From: a virus
Lineage: Duplodnaviria; Heunggongvirae; Uroviricota; Caudoviricetes
IMG/VR virus record: IMGVR_UViG_3300028888_000051
Span: 99,384-163,383 of that record
Length of the DNA stretch: 64,000 nt
Reading direction: 5' to 3' (one strand)
The notes beneath the pieces are model-generated. The model made no database searches. It saw only the letters and a program-made list of their open reading frames with translations, and was not told the DNA's origin. Both the position numbers and the translations under genes were made by a program. The first letter of the stretch is position 1. Every line of letters starts with the position of its first letter. This document shows, in pieces, positions 30,656 through 41,011 of the stretch.

Positions 30656-32470
30656 ATGGCTTCAATACAAGAAACAACTGCAGTCAGTTTACGTAAAGGA
30701 AATACGGCTGAAAACGATGCTTTTACAGGTATACTTGGAGAAGTAGTTGCAGATTTAGGTATAGATAGTACAGGTGTTGATATTAATACTACACTGCGTT
30801 TACATAATGGTGTAACACAAGGAGGTATTAAATTAGCCAGAGCCGACTTAACTAATGTTACTTCAAAAGCTTTAGCTACAAGTCGTAATTTATATGGTGA
30901 TAAAAATCTCGCTTATGCTGATTTAAGCAATATTGAAGAATTAGTTGATTTAGACCAACAACATGCAGTACGTGATTATATGCATGAATATGGTTTAGCA
31001 CTTAATTCACAAATTGATGAATTAGATTTAGCCAAAGCTAATGTTACAATGAATAATGTAGATACTGCAAGTTTAGCAACTGGTGAAGGTCAAACAGGAA
31101 AACACTCTGGTAAAAATTTAGCTTATGCCGATGCAAGTAATATCAATAGTAAATATTTAGCAGATGCTCAATATCGTTCTGGTGATGATGGTGATAAAGC
31201 ATTAGCTTATGCCGATGCAAGTAATATCAATACAACAGGTTTAACAAATTCTAATCATAGTGGTGGTCCAACATTAGCTAGAGCTGACTTAACTAATGTT
31301 ACCAATGCAAATTTTAAAAATAAAACTGATGCTGTAAACACAGAATATATTACTAATAAAATTAATCAGATTAATCCTAATTCTTCTAGTACTTCGACTG
31401 AATATCCTACAACTGGAGCAGTAATTGAATATGTAGCCAATGAATTAAATGAATTAGATTATATGAATCCAAATTTAGATAACGCTACATCTTGGGAACC
31501 ATTATATGCTAATATAAATACTCCATATTTTTATGATAATACTAGTACAAATTTTACAGCAACTGGTTCTAATTTTACTACAACTATTGTAGAAGATACA
31601 AATACTTTACCGGCTTTAATTCCAACAAATAGAATTTTAACTGGAACAGAATTAAATCTTCAATTAGCTGTATATGGTTTATCTTCTGAAGATCCAACTA
31701 GACCACAAGATAGCAATAAACCAAACAGTGTTAGATTATATCCAGAATTTGGTACAACTAATTTACCTACACAGAGAATTACTTTTATAAATAATGCAGG
31801 TAGTAAAGCTACTGGTACATTAGTATCAACTCCACATCCAAATCTTTCTGGAGTATATCATTATGCAATAGGTTTAAGTATTGATGATATCGTAGGTCCA
31901 GAAGGACAAGCTATAAGTACAGGTTGGAATGCAAATAGTAGTACAAATATAACAGAAGTACCTTGTTATAAAAATATAAATAATATAACAGTAACTCCAG
32001 TTTTAGTACTTCAACCGAGTACTGTTTCTAGTGGACATATTACAGAATTTGAATTTAATCCAGCTGTAACAAATACAGAAATAACTAGTGCTGTTAATAT
32101 TACAATCGGACATCCATTTACTGTAACAACAGCAAAAGATCCTGTTACTGATGATAAAATTCCTACTGCAACTATTCAATCTGGTAGTGTAGCTAAATTT
32201 AATCTTTTAACTACGATTAATACTGCTATTCCAGAAATAGGTGGAGCAGGATTACTAAAAGCAAATCTTGAGAATTTACCTGGTATGACATCTACTGATA
32301 TTATAGAAAATGGATCTGCGGCATGGTTTATAAATAAAACAAAAAATGTACCAGATATAGCAGCATCTACAATAGATGCTTCTGAATATGAACGTATTGC
32401 AACGATTGGACAAGTATGGGAATGTGCTAGACGTATTGATTCAAGAATTACTTTTAGACAATGGTCTTAA
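30656..32470 (+). CDS. Fibre protein with Mtd-N-like N-terminus and LA(R/Y)AD repeats
   Basis: LRKGNTAENDAFTG..GEV..LRLHNGVTQGG; LARADLTNV x2, LAYADASNI x2, LAYADLSNI. Confidence 0.6.
   Translation: MASIQETTAVSLRKGNTAENDAFTGILGEVVADLGIDSTGVDINTTLRLHNGVTQGGIKLARADLTNVTSKALATSRNLYGDKNLAYADLSNIEELVDLDQQHAVRDYMHEYGLALNSQIDELDLAKANVTMNNVDTASLATGEGQTGKHSGKNLAYADASNINSKYLADAQYRSGDDGDKALAYADASNINTTGLTNSNHSGGPTLARADLTNVTNANFKNKTDAVNTEYITNKINQINPNSSSTSTEYPTTGAVIEYVANELNELDYMNPNLDNATSWEPLYANINTPYFYDNTSTNFTATGSNFTTTIVEDTNTLPALIPTNRILTGTELNLQLAVYGLSSEDPTRPQDSNKPNSVRLYPEFGTTNLPTQRITFINNAGSKATGTLVSTPHPNLSGVYHYAIGLSIDDIVGPEGQAISTGWNANSSTNITEVPCYKNINNITVTPVLVLQPSTVSSGHITEFEFNPAVTNTEITSAVNITIGHPFTVTTAKDPVTDDKIPTATIQSGSVAKFNLLTTINTAIPEIGGAGLLKANLENLPGMTSTDIIENGSAAWFINKTKNVPDIAASTIDASEYERIATIGQVWECARRIDSRITFRQWS
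31118..31232 (+). repeat. 31-bp exact direct repeat
   Basis: TTAGCTTATGCCGATGCAAGTAATATCAATA at 31118-31148 and 31202-31232. Confidence 0.9.
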
Positions 32471-32524
32471 AAATTGACCATATAGAACATTTTTATTTTT
32501 TTATATATTCTCCTTATAAAAAGC

Positions 32525-32562
32525 AAAAGGGCTTGCTATATGATTAAAAAACAAGCCCTTTT
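32525..32562. terminator. Bidirectional terminator between convergent operons
   Basis: AAAAGGGCTTG/CAAGCCCTTTT stem, with A and T runs at the ends. Confidence 0.8.
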
Positions 32563-32579
32563 ATATATTTTATCTTAAA

Positions 32580-32834
32580 TTAATTATTTATTAAATTATT
32601 AGTAATTTTATTTTGTGCCTTTTCAGCAGCATCTTGCTTTTGATAACAAATTATAATTTGAGTAAAAGATTTTGTTCCATCTAAGCAATTATAATCATAA
32701 TCTGTTTGAATAAATTTATTTGTAGAAATTATATTAGTTTTTTGTATAGTACAGCCAGTTATTGGAAGTAATAAAAATACAAACCATAAAAAAATTATTA
32801 AACATTTACATATAAATTTGATTAAATTAGACAT
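32580..32834 (-). CDS. o-spanin (Rz1-like lipoprotein)
   Basis: Hydrophobic signal ending in lipobox ITGC; overlaps the i-spanin end. Confidence 0.75.
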   Translation of the reverse strand: MSNLIKFICKCLIIFLWFVFLLLPITGCTIQKTNIISTNKFIQTDYDYNCLDGTKSFTQIIICYQKQDAAEKAQNKITNNLINN

Positions 32835-33144
32835 TTTTTCTAAAATACTCCAACAATTGTTTAGAGGGTTTTATATCACCGCATGAATCGGCAGGAACAT
32901 TTTTGATTTTTTCTTTGTACTTTTTTTCTATTTCTTTAATTTGTTCATTTTTTTGATTATTATATTTATTTAATTTATTATTATCTTGCTGTAAAGCTTC
33001 TATTGTTGCATTAGCATGTATTAATTCAGCTTCTTTTTTATTTAATTTATCTGCTGTTTTGTTCCACATAAATCCACAGAAACATATTATTAAAAGAAGA
33101 ATTAATATAACAACATAAGAAATCCAAGATTTGTTTAGATTCAT
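32827..33144 (-). CDS. i-spanin (Rz-like)
   Basis: N-terminal TM, periplasmic coiled coil, C-terminal Cys. Confidence 0.75.
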   Translation of the reverse strand: MNLNKSWISYVVILILLLIICFCGFMWNKTADKLNKKEAELIHANATIEALQQDNNKLNKYNNQKNEQIKEIEKKYKEKIKNVPADSCGDIKPSKQLLEYFRKNV

Positions 33145-33513
33145 TTATTTTACCTTTCTACGTGTCTTTTTTATGTCTTCAACTTTGATTTCATGACCTA
33201 TTGCTTGAGAAGCTAAATGACGTATAATAACTTTTGATAAATCAGCGATATAATTTACTATAGAAATACCCATAGTTCCTGAAATACCAGCTGCTATCAT
33301 AACTAAGTTTTTATGTTCAAATTCAGGAGCGGCTAATCCAACAAGAAGTCCACAAAAACCAGAAATTACTACATTTGAAAAAAATCTTCTAGCATTAAAA
33401 CAAGTTTCAAAATTAGATAATTCTTTTACAACTCCACCAAACATTGCAATTATTGAAGCCATAAATATTATTAAATATTCTGGTTCATGTCCTGTATTAT
33501 TATTTTCTAACAT
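33145..33513 (-). CDS. Holin (probable start 33513, not 33576)
   Basis: Three hydrophobic segments and a basic C-terminus; AAGGA RBS before MLENN right after the upstream stop. Confidence 0.7.
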   Translation of the reverse strand: MLENNNTGHEPEYLIIFMASIIAMFGGVVKELSNFETCFNARRFFSNVVISGFCGLLVGLAAPEFEHKNLVMIAAGISGTMGISIVNYIADLSKVIIRHLASQAIGHEIKVEDIKKTRRKVK

Positions 33514-33514
33514 T

Positions 33515-34144
33515 TTATTTTTTATCCTTCTTTTTAATAATACATGATCCAGAACATAAATATTTCCAAAACCCAACTAAAGCCCAATTTAAAATAGCTG
33601 TTATCAATAACATAATTCCAATCGCTATTTCTAATTCTTTATCTATTGGTTCTTTTGGATAATTTGTTACTCCTGTAATAACTAAGAATTTTTCATTATT
33701 TGTCGAAAAATGTCTAAATTCCCAAACAATTTTATCTTGGTTTTTCTCTTTTGTTATAAATGAGCCACGTTTATTTTTTATAAGCTTATTTTTTATAATA
33801 TCTGATTCATGTGGATGAATTTTTAATAAAAATGGACATTTTGCTGAATGATATATTTCATTTTTAAAATCTTCTGATAAAGTGTTTTCACCATCATCAT
33901 ATAGCATATAAGTATATGTATTATCAAAAGTATCTAATGTTAAAATAGATTTTTTTACATCATTTATATTAGATAATGTTTCAGTTAAAGTTATTAATTG
34001 ATTTTTTTCACTAATTTGTCTAGAAAGATTACGATCGTTTAATCTTTCAAATAAATTTATAAAATAAAATATACCAATTGTAACAATTAGTAAAGGAAAA
34101 AGCCATACAAACCTTTTCATAATAGTTTTATGTTTAGATTCCAT
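33515..34144 (-). CDS. Two-TM membrane protein with periplasmic domain
   Basis: TM1 FVWLFPLLIVTIGIFYFI, about 140-aa loop, TM2 IAIGIMLLITAILNWALVGFW. Confidence 0.7.
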   Translation of the reverse strand: MESKHKTIMKRFVWLFPLLIVTIGIFYFINLFERLNDRNLSRQISEKNQLITLTETLSNINDVKKSILTLDTFDNTYTYMLYDDGENTLSEDFKNEIYHSAKCPFLLKIHPHESDIIKNKLIKNKRGSFITKEKNQDKIVWEFRHFSTNNEKFLVITGVTNYPKEPIDKELEIAIGIMLLITAILNWALVGFWKYLCSGSCIIKKKDKK

Positions 34145-34242
34145 CCTGAATAGTCCTAAAATAAAGCATTATATTAGATAAATTACCCTCTATCTTTATT
34201 TATTAGAACTTTATTCAATATATAGTTTTTGTAAAAACAAAT

Positions 34243-35313
34243 TTAATTAAAAGTTACATCATAGTTGCCTTGAGTTCCTGTAATGGTGAATACGTTTTCA
34301 TCAACACCGTAACCCATTTGTTTAAGTTGTTCAAGTGTTGCACCCATTGTTGATAAACCCTCGTCATTCATACAGCCTAATACTTGATATACAACTATTG
34401 AATAATCTCCACCAGACATAAAAGCTATCATATATGCAGGACCTACATCTTCAAATATAATATTTTTTACTGGACAATAGTATTTATCAGTTGTCTCTGG
34501 CATCAGTTGCACATCTGCAAAATCGAATATAGCATCTTTATCTCCAATTATTTGCAAAGCTTCTGTTCTTTTAGTTTCATCAGTTACTTGATTAATGAGG
34601 TCAACGATATACGCATTATTAAGCGTTAAGGTTTGTGTAGCTTTATCAAAAGAACCTTTTTCTGATATAGGCTGAACATCATCCTGTTCAATTACACCAT
34701 CCTCAAGGATTGTTAAAATACATGGTAAATAACCTGTTTTAATAAAAAGATTATTTCCAATAGCTTTATAATCAAATTTTTCATTATTATAATTAAATAC
34801 TGCTTTTCCTATTTTTAAACATGCAGAATTTTGAATTTGTATTTTATAAGTTTTTCCCTCTAAAAATGTAAATCCTGTGACTTCTTTAATTGATAACCAC
34901 TCATCATGAGTATTAATCGTTCCTGTATAACTCGGAGACGATGGATTGATAATCATATTATATTTTCCATCTTTTTCAGCAATACGACAAATATTTTTAG
35001 TTTTTAATACAGAACCTTCAAGATTTACTATTGCATACTCTTTAGTACAAATATAATAGAATCCACCCAAGTCGTATAATGAATAGAAGTTTTCACCTTC
35101 CATATAAAAAATACGCATAGAGTCAAGATTGTCAAAAGTATATATTTTAACTTCTTTATCATTAAAAGTATCTGTAATATATTCACCACTCATATTACAA
35201 TCAGCATTTTCACCATTTAAATCTTGGTAATCAGCTTCTTGCAATACTGTTTTTAAATATGCATTATTTAATGATAAATATTGTCCTTCATAATCAAAAT
35301 AACCTACGTTCAT
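34243..35313 (-). CDS. Hypothetical fibre-associated protein with internal duplication
   Basis: FDYEGQYLSLNNAY and FDKATQTLTLNNAY. Confidence 0.55.
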   Translation of the reverse strand: MNVGYFDYEGQYLSLNNAYLKTVLQEADYQDLNGENADCNMSGEYITDTFNDKEVKIYTFDNLDSMRIFYMEGENFYSLYDLGGFYYICTKEYAIVNLEGSVLKTKNICRIAEKDGKYNMIINPSSPSYTGTINTHDEWLSIKEVTGFTFLEGKTYKIQIQNSACLKIGKAVFNYNNEKFDYKAIGNNLFIKTGYLPCILTILEDGVIEQDDVQPISEKGSFDKATQTLTLNNAYIVDLINQVTDETKRTEALQIIGDKDAIFDFADVQLMPETTDKYYCPVKNIIFEDVGPAYMIAFMSGGDYSIVVYQVLGCMNDEGLSTMGATLEQLKQMGYGVDENVFTITGTQGNYDVTFN

Positions 35314-35335
35314 TTTGTTTTCTCCCTAAATAAAA

Positions 35336-35737
35336 TTATTCTTTATATGGATATCTTGTTTTAATATCATTAGAAATATCTGTCATAGTCTGGATAAACT
35401 CTACTTCATCTTCTTCAGTCCAATCATTGATAGCTTGTTTACGAAGTTTACGAGCTACCAAACTATCAGTTTCCCCAGCATAAGCTTCTGAACGAAATTG
35501 TCTCATTGCTTCATTATAGTGAACCTTTTCTTCTTCTTCAAAATTAGGATTGTCTATGATTTTTTCTCCATCCCATTTATACTTCCATTTGTATCTTTCT
35601 GATTCCCAAGTTGGATTATCATCATAACATACCATATCTTCAGATACTTCTGCATTAATAATATCAGCATCTAAGCATTGTGCTTGACCACAACCAATAA
35701 TTTTACCATTTCTTATGTAAAAATAATGTTTATCCAT
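35336..35737 (-). CDS. Tail fibre assembly chaperone-like protein
   Basis: YKWDGEKII..RSEAYAGETD..DIKTRYPY; follows fibre genes. Confidence 0.55.
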   Translation of the reverse strand: MDKHYFYIRNGKIIGCGQAQCLDADIINAEVSEDMVCYDDNPTWESERYKWKYKWDGEKIIDNPNFEEEEKVHYNEAMRQFRSEAYAGETDSLVARKLRKQAINDWTEEDEVEFIQTMTDISNDIKTRYPYKE

Positions 35738-35738
35738 T

Positions 35739-36965
35739 TTATACTCCTATGTAAACAACTTTAACATAACCATTACCGCCAGCTGTGGTATAGCTATTAC
35801 CTGCGTTTCCGCCTTTACCGTAACCACCGTATACACTAGCACCACCAGTAATATTTGAATTATAAATAGTAGTTCCAGCATTACCATTTTTAGCAAGTGA
35901 ATAAGATTGAACTTTCGAGGAGTCATAACTTAATATACCTCCAGAACCAGCCGTTTGTGTTGCATTATGAATACCGGCTTTTGCTGAACCACCACCGCCA
36001 GCAACAATAATACTATCAATAGCAGATTGTCCACCAGCTGTTGATGTTGCAGAAGTTTGTCCGTTTGTTTCATAAGCTTTGCCACTTCCACCTGCACCCA
36101 CTTTAATAGTATGACTACCTGACGATAAATTTACAATTCCGTTAAATCCTGCTCCAGAACCACCAGATGCACGACCGTCACTAAATTTAGACGAGTATAC
36201 ATAAGCACCACCTGAGCCACCACCTACACAGATCACTTGATATCTTCCGTCTACTTCCAAAGTTAAAGTAGTACTGGCTCCTCCTGTAGATGATTCATAT
36301 AAAACTTGATTTGGAGTATAAGGTATAGTTAGAGTAACATTTACTTCTTTATTACTATTCATAGTTACAGAAGCATTTTGAGCAGTATATCCTGATTTAG
36401 TAACATAATAAGTAACAGAACGTCCAGCAAGTACTTTACAAGTATTAGTATCCACAATAGTACCACCATTAAATGATACAGTTGCATCAGAAGGTGTTGG
36501 ATTAACTTTCAAGGTATAATAAGTTTTATCTGTATCTATTGTTCCTACTCTACGATAACCCCACAAGTACAAACCAGAACCTCCAGTACTACTACCACTA
36601 ATTGTAAAAGTTAATATTCCATCAACTTGTTTAGTAGCAAGTATACCAGAATTAGCACTAGTTACATTACTTGAAGTTCTTGTCCTACAATAACCCATTA
36701 CTAATGTAAGTTGACCATCAGAATTGTTAACCCACCAAGCACTAGTATGTCCAGCAGTTGAATCTGTCCCTGCATAACATCCTATTAAAACTTCATATGT
36801 ATAAGTATTATCTGGAAGGTAATTAGATACTGAAAAATTATATCTTCTATTTGACTCATTCCAAGTTCCACTAGCAATAGTTACAGTTTTATAAGTCCAT
36901 TGACCATCTGCGATATTACCACCTAATTTTGGAGTAACTCCATTTACTGTAATATTACTAAGCAT
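35739..36965 (-). CDS. Fibre-tip/adhesin with C-terminal glycine-rich domain
   Basis: YQVICVGGGSGG..GGSGAGF..IKVGAGG..GGNGYVKVVY. Confidence 0.7.
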   Translation of the reverse strand: MLSNITVNGVTPKLGGNIADGQWTYKTVTIASGTWNESNRRYNFSVSNYLPDNTYTYEVLIGCYAGTDSTAGHTSAWWVNNSDGQLTLVMGYCRTRTSSNVTSANSGILATKQVDGILTFTISGSSTGGSGLYLWGYRRVGTIDTDKTYYTLKVNPTPSDATVSFNGGTIVDTNTCKVLAGRSVTYYVTKSGYTAQNASVTMNSNKEVNVTLTIPYTPNQVLYESSTGGASTTLTLEVDGRYQVICVGGGSGGAYVYSSKFSDGRASGGSGAGFNGIVNLSSGSHTIKVGAGGSGKAYETNGQTSATSTAGGQSAIDSIIVAGGGGSAKAGIHNATQTAGSGGILSYDSSKVQSYSLAKNGNAGTTIYNSNITGGASVYGGYGKGGNAGNSYTTAGGNGYVKVVYIGV

Positions 36966-38388
36966 TTGTACCTATCCTCCTATATCCTCTACCATAAACT
37001 GTTACTGTGCCACTAGTTGCATTTCCAACATTACCTACATATAAATTTCTTGCTTCAACTGGAATAATTATATTTCCTCCACTCATCATCGTAGATGCAG
37101 TTCTTGTTACACGTCTACATACCTGTGGATTATTATTAAGTGTTGTACTAGTACCTAATCTGATAGCTACAGTATTACCAGCTGTTGCTCCTGTATTAGC
37201 TGTAACGTTGCATAAAACTTCATAAAAATAACCATCGTTAGGAAGATAACTACTTAAACTAATTGTTGTTAAAACACTTTGTTCTAAAGTTCCACTAAAC
37301 AATGTTGTCGACTTATATACCCAATCTCCATCTATAAAGTTACCATAAATTGAATAACTGTTATTAGAATAATTTATTGATGAAATATAGTTAGCAGAAG
37401 TTCCATTCTTACCTATTCTTCTATATTTCTTTGCATATAGTCCTAATGTAGACGTATTAACTGATCCTGAATAAGACCTCGATGTTACATTTCTATCACT
37501 ATTTAATATCGGTAATATAACTACCATAGTTCCTATTTGAGTTGATGCATCTCTTGTACGTTCTCTGCATGTTCTATTGTAAAAACTGGAGGTTGTAGAT
37601 CCAGAATGTAAATAACTCTCTAGATAATCTCCATTTGTACTTCCTGTAGTGACAAGATTTTCGAATTGAACTTCATAATCATAACTATCATTAGGAAGAT
37701 AACTTGACAAAGAAAATGTAGTTTTAGCATCAGGTGCTAAAGTGTAGCTAGAACTTATTGTATATGATTTATCAATCCATTGTCCATCGAACTCATCGCC
37801 ACCAATTTGCTGAAAGTCATAGTAATTCATACCCTTCCAGAATTGAGAACTATTCACATTCATATAACTTTCATTAAGGTCAATAGTACCTGTAAAAGTT
37901 CTACCTAATAATGCACCCATAGATCCATTTCCTAGCCTGAAAGGGAATTGCTTTGAAATATCTATTTTTGTATCAGTAAAACTTGTGATTTGTGTCCAAG
38001 TTTCACCGTTTGTAGAAGTATAATAAGTTTTTTGTTGTCCAGAATGAATAGATTTAACATAATATGTTTGTGGATAGTTCAAAGAAGAAATTAAAACGAT
38101 ATTACTTGATGTACTCCAATTATAAGTAACTAAACCTTCAGCTGGAACAATATCTATAGCTTCATAAAATTCTGAATGTGTTATAGTTTCAGTTTTTGTT
38201 ATAGCTGTATTCGGGGTTGTAAATTTAATCACAAACTCTGAATTATCTTGCCTACCTCCTGGGACCTCAAAATATGCACTACTGGAAAAACCACTTAAAA
38301 TTCCGTTTGTTACCGTAAGATTTCCTCTAATGATCCCCTGTGGCTTTAAACTATTTGTTTTTACTGCAATATTTTCAATATTAGCCAT
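36958..38388 (-). CDS. Fibre/adhesin: lectin-like domain plus two SLSSYLPND modules
   Basis: FTGTIDLNESY; DG.W..K..SLSSYLPND.Y.YEV..YRRIG twice. Confidence 0.6.
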   Translation of the reverse strand: MANIENIAVKTNSLKPQGIIRGNLTVTNGILSGFSSSAYFEVPGGRQDNSEFVIKFTTPNTAITKTETITHSEFYEAIDIVPAEGLVTYNWSTSSNIVLISSLNYPQTYYVKSIHSGQQKTYYTSTNGETWTQITSFTDTKIDISKQFPFRLGNGSMGALLGRTFTGTIDLNESYMNVNSSQFWKGMNYYDFQQIGGDEFDGQWIDKSYTISSSYTLAPDAKTTFSLSSYLPNDSYDYEVQFENLVTTGSTNGDYLESYLHSGSTTSSFYNRTCRERTRDASTQIGTMVVILPILNSDRNVTSRSYSGSVNTSTLGLYAKKYRRIGKNGTSANYISSINYSNNSYSIYGNFIDGDWVYKSTTLFSGTLEQSVLTTISLSSYLPNDGYFYEVLCNVTANTGATAGNTVAIRLGTSTTLNNNPQVCRRVTRTASTMMSGGNIIIPVEARNLYVGNVGNATSGTVTVYGRGYRRIGTNA

Positions 38389-38391
38389 ATT

Positions 38392-41007
38392 TTATCCTAT
38401 ATAAAGAGTTGAACTTGCAGAATCATAATATGTATTTGCTTTTGAAATAGCTAATTCTTCAATTATTTGTTTTAAATAATCTGCACGCATAACTCTAGAA
38501 CTAGTTGCTGTTCCAGTTGTACCTTCAGAAACTGACATAGCTGAATAAGTCGTATTTTCATCATATCCATGACCAGCAAATACCCAATAAGTACCATCAT
38601 AAACAAATATAGATGGAACATGTGCTTTCCAAACAATACTATCTGTTGAAGTTGTAATATTAGCATTGTTATAATGCATAGTTTTAGCTGCTAATAATGT
38701 AGTTGATGATTTTTGAACAGTTATAGTTGAATTAGCAACCGTTGAGGTTATTGTTGGTGTAACAATAAGTATTTGACCAGCTGAAATTGTTGGCGTAGTT
38801 GCATAAGACGATGATATTTCAACTATTTTTGCTGTAGCATCAGCAGCTGATGTAGAAGTTCCATAAAGAACCAAATAAGGACTAGAGCTTAAAGTTGAGT
38901 TTGTAGCATAACCTTGATTTTTAACAAAAGCTGTCGTAGCTATATTTGTAGAGTTATCGGAAGTAGCAGGAGTAGGAGCTTCAGTAAAAAAAGTTCCATC
39001 TTCTTTAATTCCAACTTCTAGACTTACATATTTATCTACTCCATTTATTTTTCTTGTTGTTTGCACACCCGTTACAATACTATTATTAGAATAATATACA
39101 TTTCTTACGAATCCTGTTGTTGTTCCATTACTATCTTTAAAAATTATAGGTGTATTATAGTGATTTGCGCCATCAATCGTTGTTCCAAACTTTCTTATAA
39201 TATCGAGAGTAAATGTCTTAGTTCCACCAATATTTTGATTACCGCTTGTTTTTACAACGTCAGAATCAGAAGCGTAGCCTTGAGCTTTGACATAAGCCGT
39301 CGTGGCTATCTTGGTAGAGTTATCAGATGTCGCAGGAGTTGGGGCATATGTATATGAATTACCAGAACTATCATATCCTACACCAATTCCTGTCCAAGAA
39401 TTATCAGTAGTAGTTCCTTTATAACAAATCAAATCAACTCTGTTTTCCCTAGTAGTATAATATCTATGATATATTCCCCAAGTAGATTTACCTACGCTAT
39501 CATGTCCAATTAAATTAACAATGTATTGATTTGCACTAGGAGCAGTACCTCTAATTATATCAGTATTTTTTAATGTAAAAATCGGGCTACTTTTTTTTAC
39601 TACTGGATTTTGTATAAAGGTTTTAATTCCATCAATCTCTTGGTCACTAGTTGTTTTAACATACTGAGCTAGTTTAGTATTTCTGGCACCTACTGTATCA
39701 ATTTGAGTTGATGAAGTCGTATCTTCTGTTGGTATCACTGTTTCCGTATAAGCTGTTCCATCTGGGTTTTGGTATATAGCTATTTTAGAAAAATTATGTG
39801 TGGATAAAGCTCTTGTTTGTATGTTTGTTTCAGCAACTCCAGTTGATAATCTTCTGTACTGTAACAATGCACCTTGGACATTATTATTATCAACAAATCG
39901 CGGTCCTACCCAGTTTTCAGCAGAAGTAGCTTGCTTTGTTAAATCTGAACTACCTTTCTTAAATCTGACATCAACCCCACTAAATGTTTTTATAGAAGTA
40001 ATATCTTGATTTGTATCAATTGTGACGTAATTTGATAATAAAGAGTTTAACTTAGTATTTCTAGCTCCAACTGTATCTATCTGAGTTGAGGATGTTGTAT
40101 CTTCAAAAGGATGTGGACAATAAGCATAAGCTTTTTCTTCTGTTTTATTCCAAGCTACAGCTAATGTTCCTCCCCAAGAACCGGTATTCGGATTATTTAT
40201 TGCAAAACCAAGATTGTTTTTCACAGAATCATTATGAAGATTCATCTCTCCAAGTCTTATATTATTTGTGTCATTAAATGCAAAATATGAGTTAAAATTG
40301 TTTCCTGCAGTTGTTTGTGTTCCATCCCCACTCATTTTTACAACCAACGCATAACCATCAGTAATTTGGGAAGAATCAATAGTTTTTAATCCTGTTATAG
40401 TTTGGGCAGTATCAGTTGTTACATAATTACTCTGTATTTCCTGAATATCCGCCCTTGCCTGACTGTCCTCAATCTCATAGGTGTTAGTGCCGTCTGAAAG
40501 GTTGGCAACAGTTTGTGTGGTCGTTACAACGTCTTTTGAACTATCTCTTGTATAGACAACACCGTCGACCTCAAATTCATCTGCACCAGTCCAAACAGGA
40601 TTCCCGTCTACTATTGTTGACGTAACATCATCTGCCGTTCCGTTCTGATAGTTTGCCCAGTAAGGAATATCTGTCAAGTCAACGGATACGTCTATTGTCC
40701 AAGTATACAGCGTTGATGGATATGTTCCTGAATTATCACTACTCCACGCATACATTACAGTCGGCAGGAAATTGACAGCCGTTGTACTGCCTACTATTGC
40801 CGTCTGCGGTATGAAACTTATATCAGGATAGCTGTCATCGTATAATTCAAGACTTACAGAAGTTCCTGATATGAATGAGGTCGATTGATACACAGAGCCA
40901 TCAACTGTGGCGTGGGGCATATCTACGGAAATAGTGCCGTCAGTTGCATATATATGACCATCGGGTCTTGCGGGTGTTACATTAAATGTCCAAGGGTCGC
41001 CTGCCAT
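38392..41007 (-). CDS. Long tail fibre protein
   Basis: APTPATSDNST.IATTA.VK x2, EDTTSSTQIDTVGARNTKL x2, YV.T..DQ.I.G.KTF repeats. Confidence 0.8.
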   Translation of the reverse strand: MAGDPWTFNVTPARPDGHIYATDGTISVDMPHATVDGSVYQSTSFISGTSVSLELYDDSYPDISFIPQTAIVGSTTAVNFLPTVMYAWSSDNSGTYPSTLYTWTIDVSVDLTDIPYWANYQNGTADDVTSTIVDGNPVWTGADEFEVDGVVYTRDSSKDVVTTTQTVANLSDGTNTYEIEDSQARADIQEIQSNYVTTDTAQTITGLKTIDSSQITDGYALVVKMSGDGTQTTAGNNFNSYFAFNDTNNIRLGEMNLHNDSVKNNLGFAINNPNTGSWGGTLAVAWNKTEEKAYAYCPHPFEDTTSSTQIDTVGARNTKLNSLLSNYVTIDTNQDITSIKTFSGVDVRFKKGSSDLTKQATSAENWVGPRFVDNNNVQGALLQYRRLSTGVAETNIQTRALSTHNFSKIAIYQNPDGTAYTETVIPTEDTTSSTQIDTVGARNTKLAQYVKTTSDQEIDGIKTFIQNPVVKKSSPIFTLKNTDIIRGTAPSANQYIVNLIGHDSVGKSTWGIYHRYYTTRENRVDLICYKGTTTDNSWTGIGVGYDSSGNSYTYAPTPATSDNSTKIATTAYVKAQGYASDSDVVKTSGNQNIGGTKTFTLDIIRKFGTTIDGANHYNTPIIFKDSNGTTTGFVRNVYYSNNSIVTGVQTTRKINGVDKYVSLEVGIKEDGTFFTEAPTPATSDNSTNIATTAFVKNQGYATNSTLSSSPYLVLYGTSTSAADATAKIVEISSSYATTPTISAGQILIVTPTITSTVANSTITVQKSSTTLLAAKTMHYNNANITTSTDSIVWKAHVPSIFVYDGTYWVFAGHGYDENTTYSAMSVSEGTTGTATSSRVMRADYLKQIIEELAISKANTYYDSASSTLYIG

Positions 41008-41011
41008 AATC

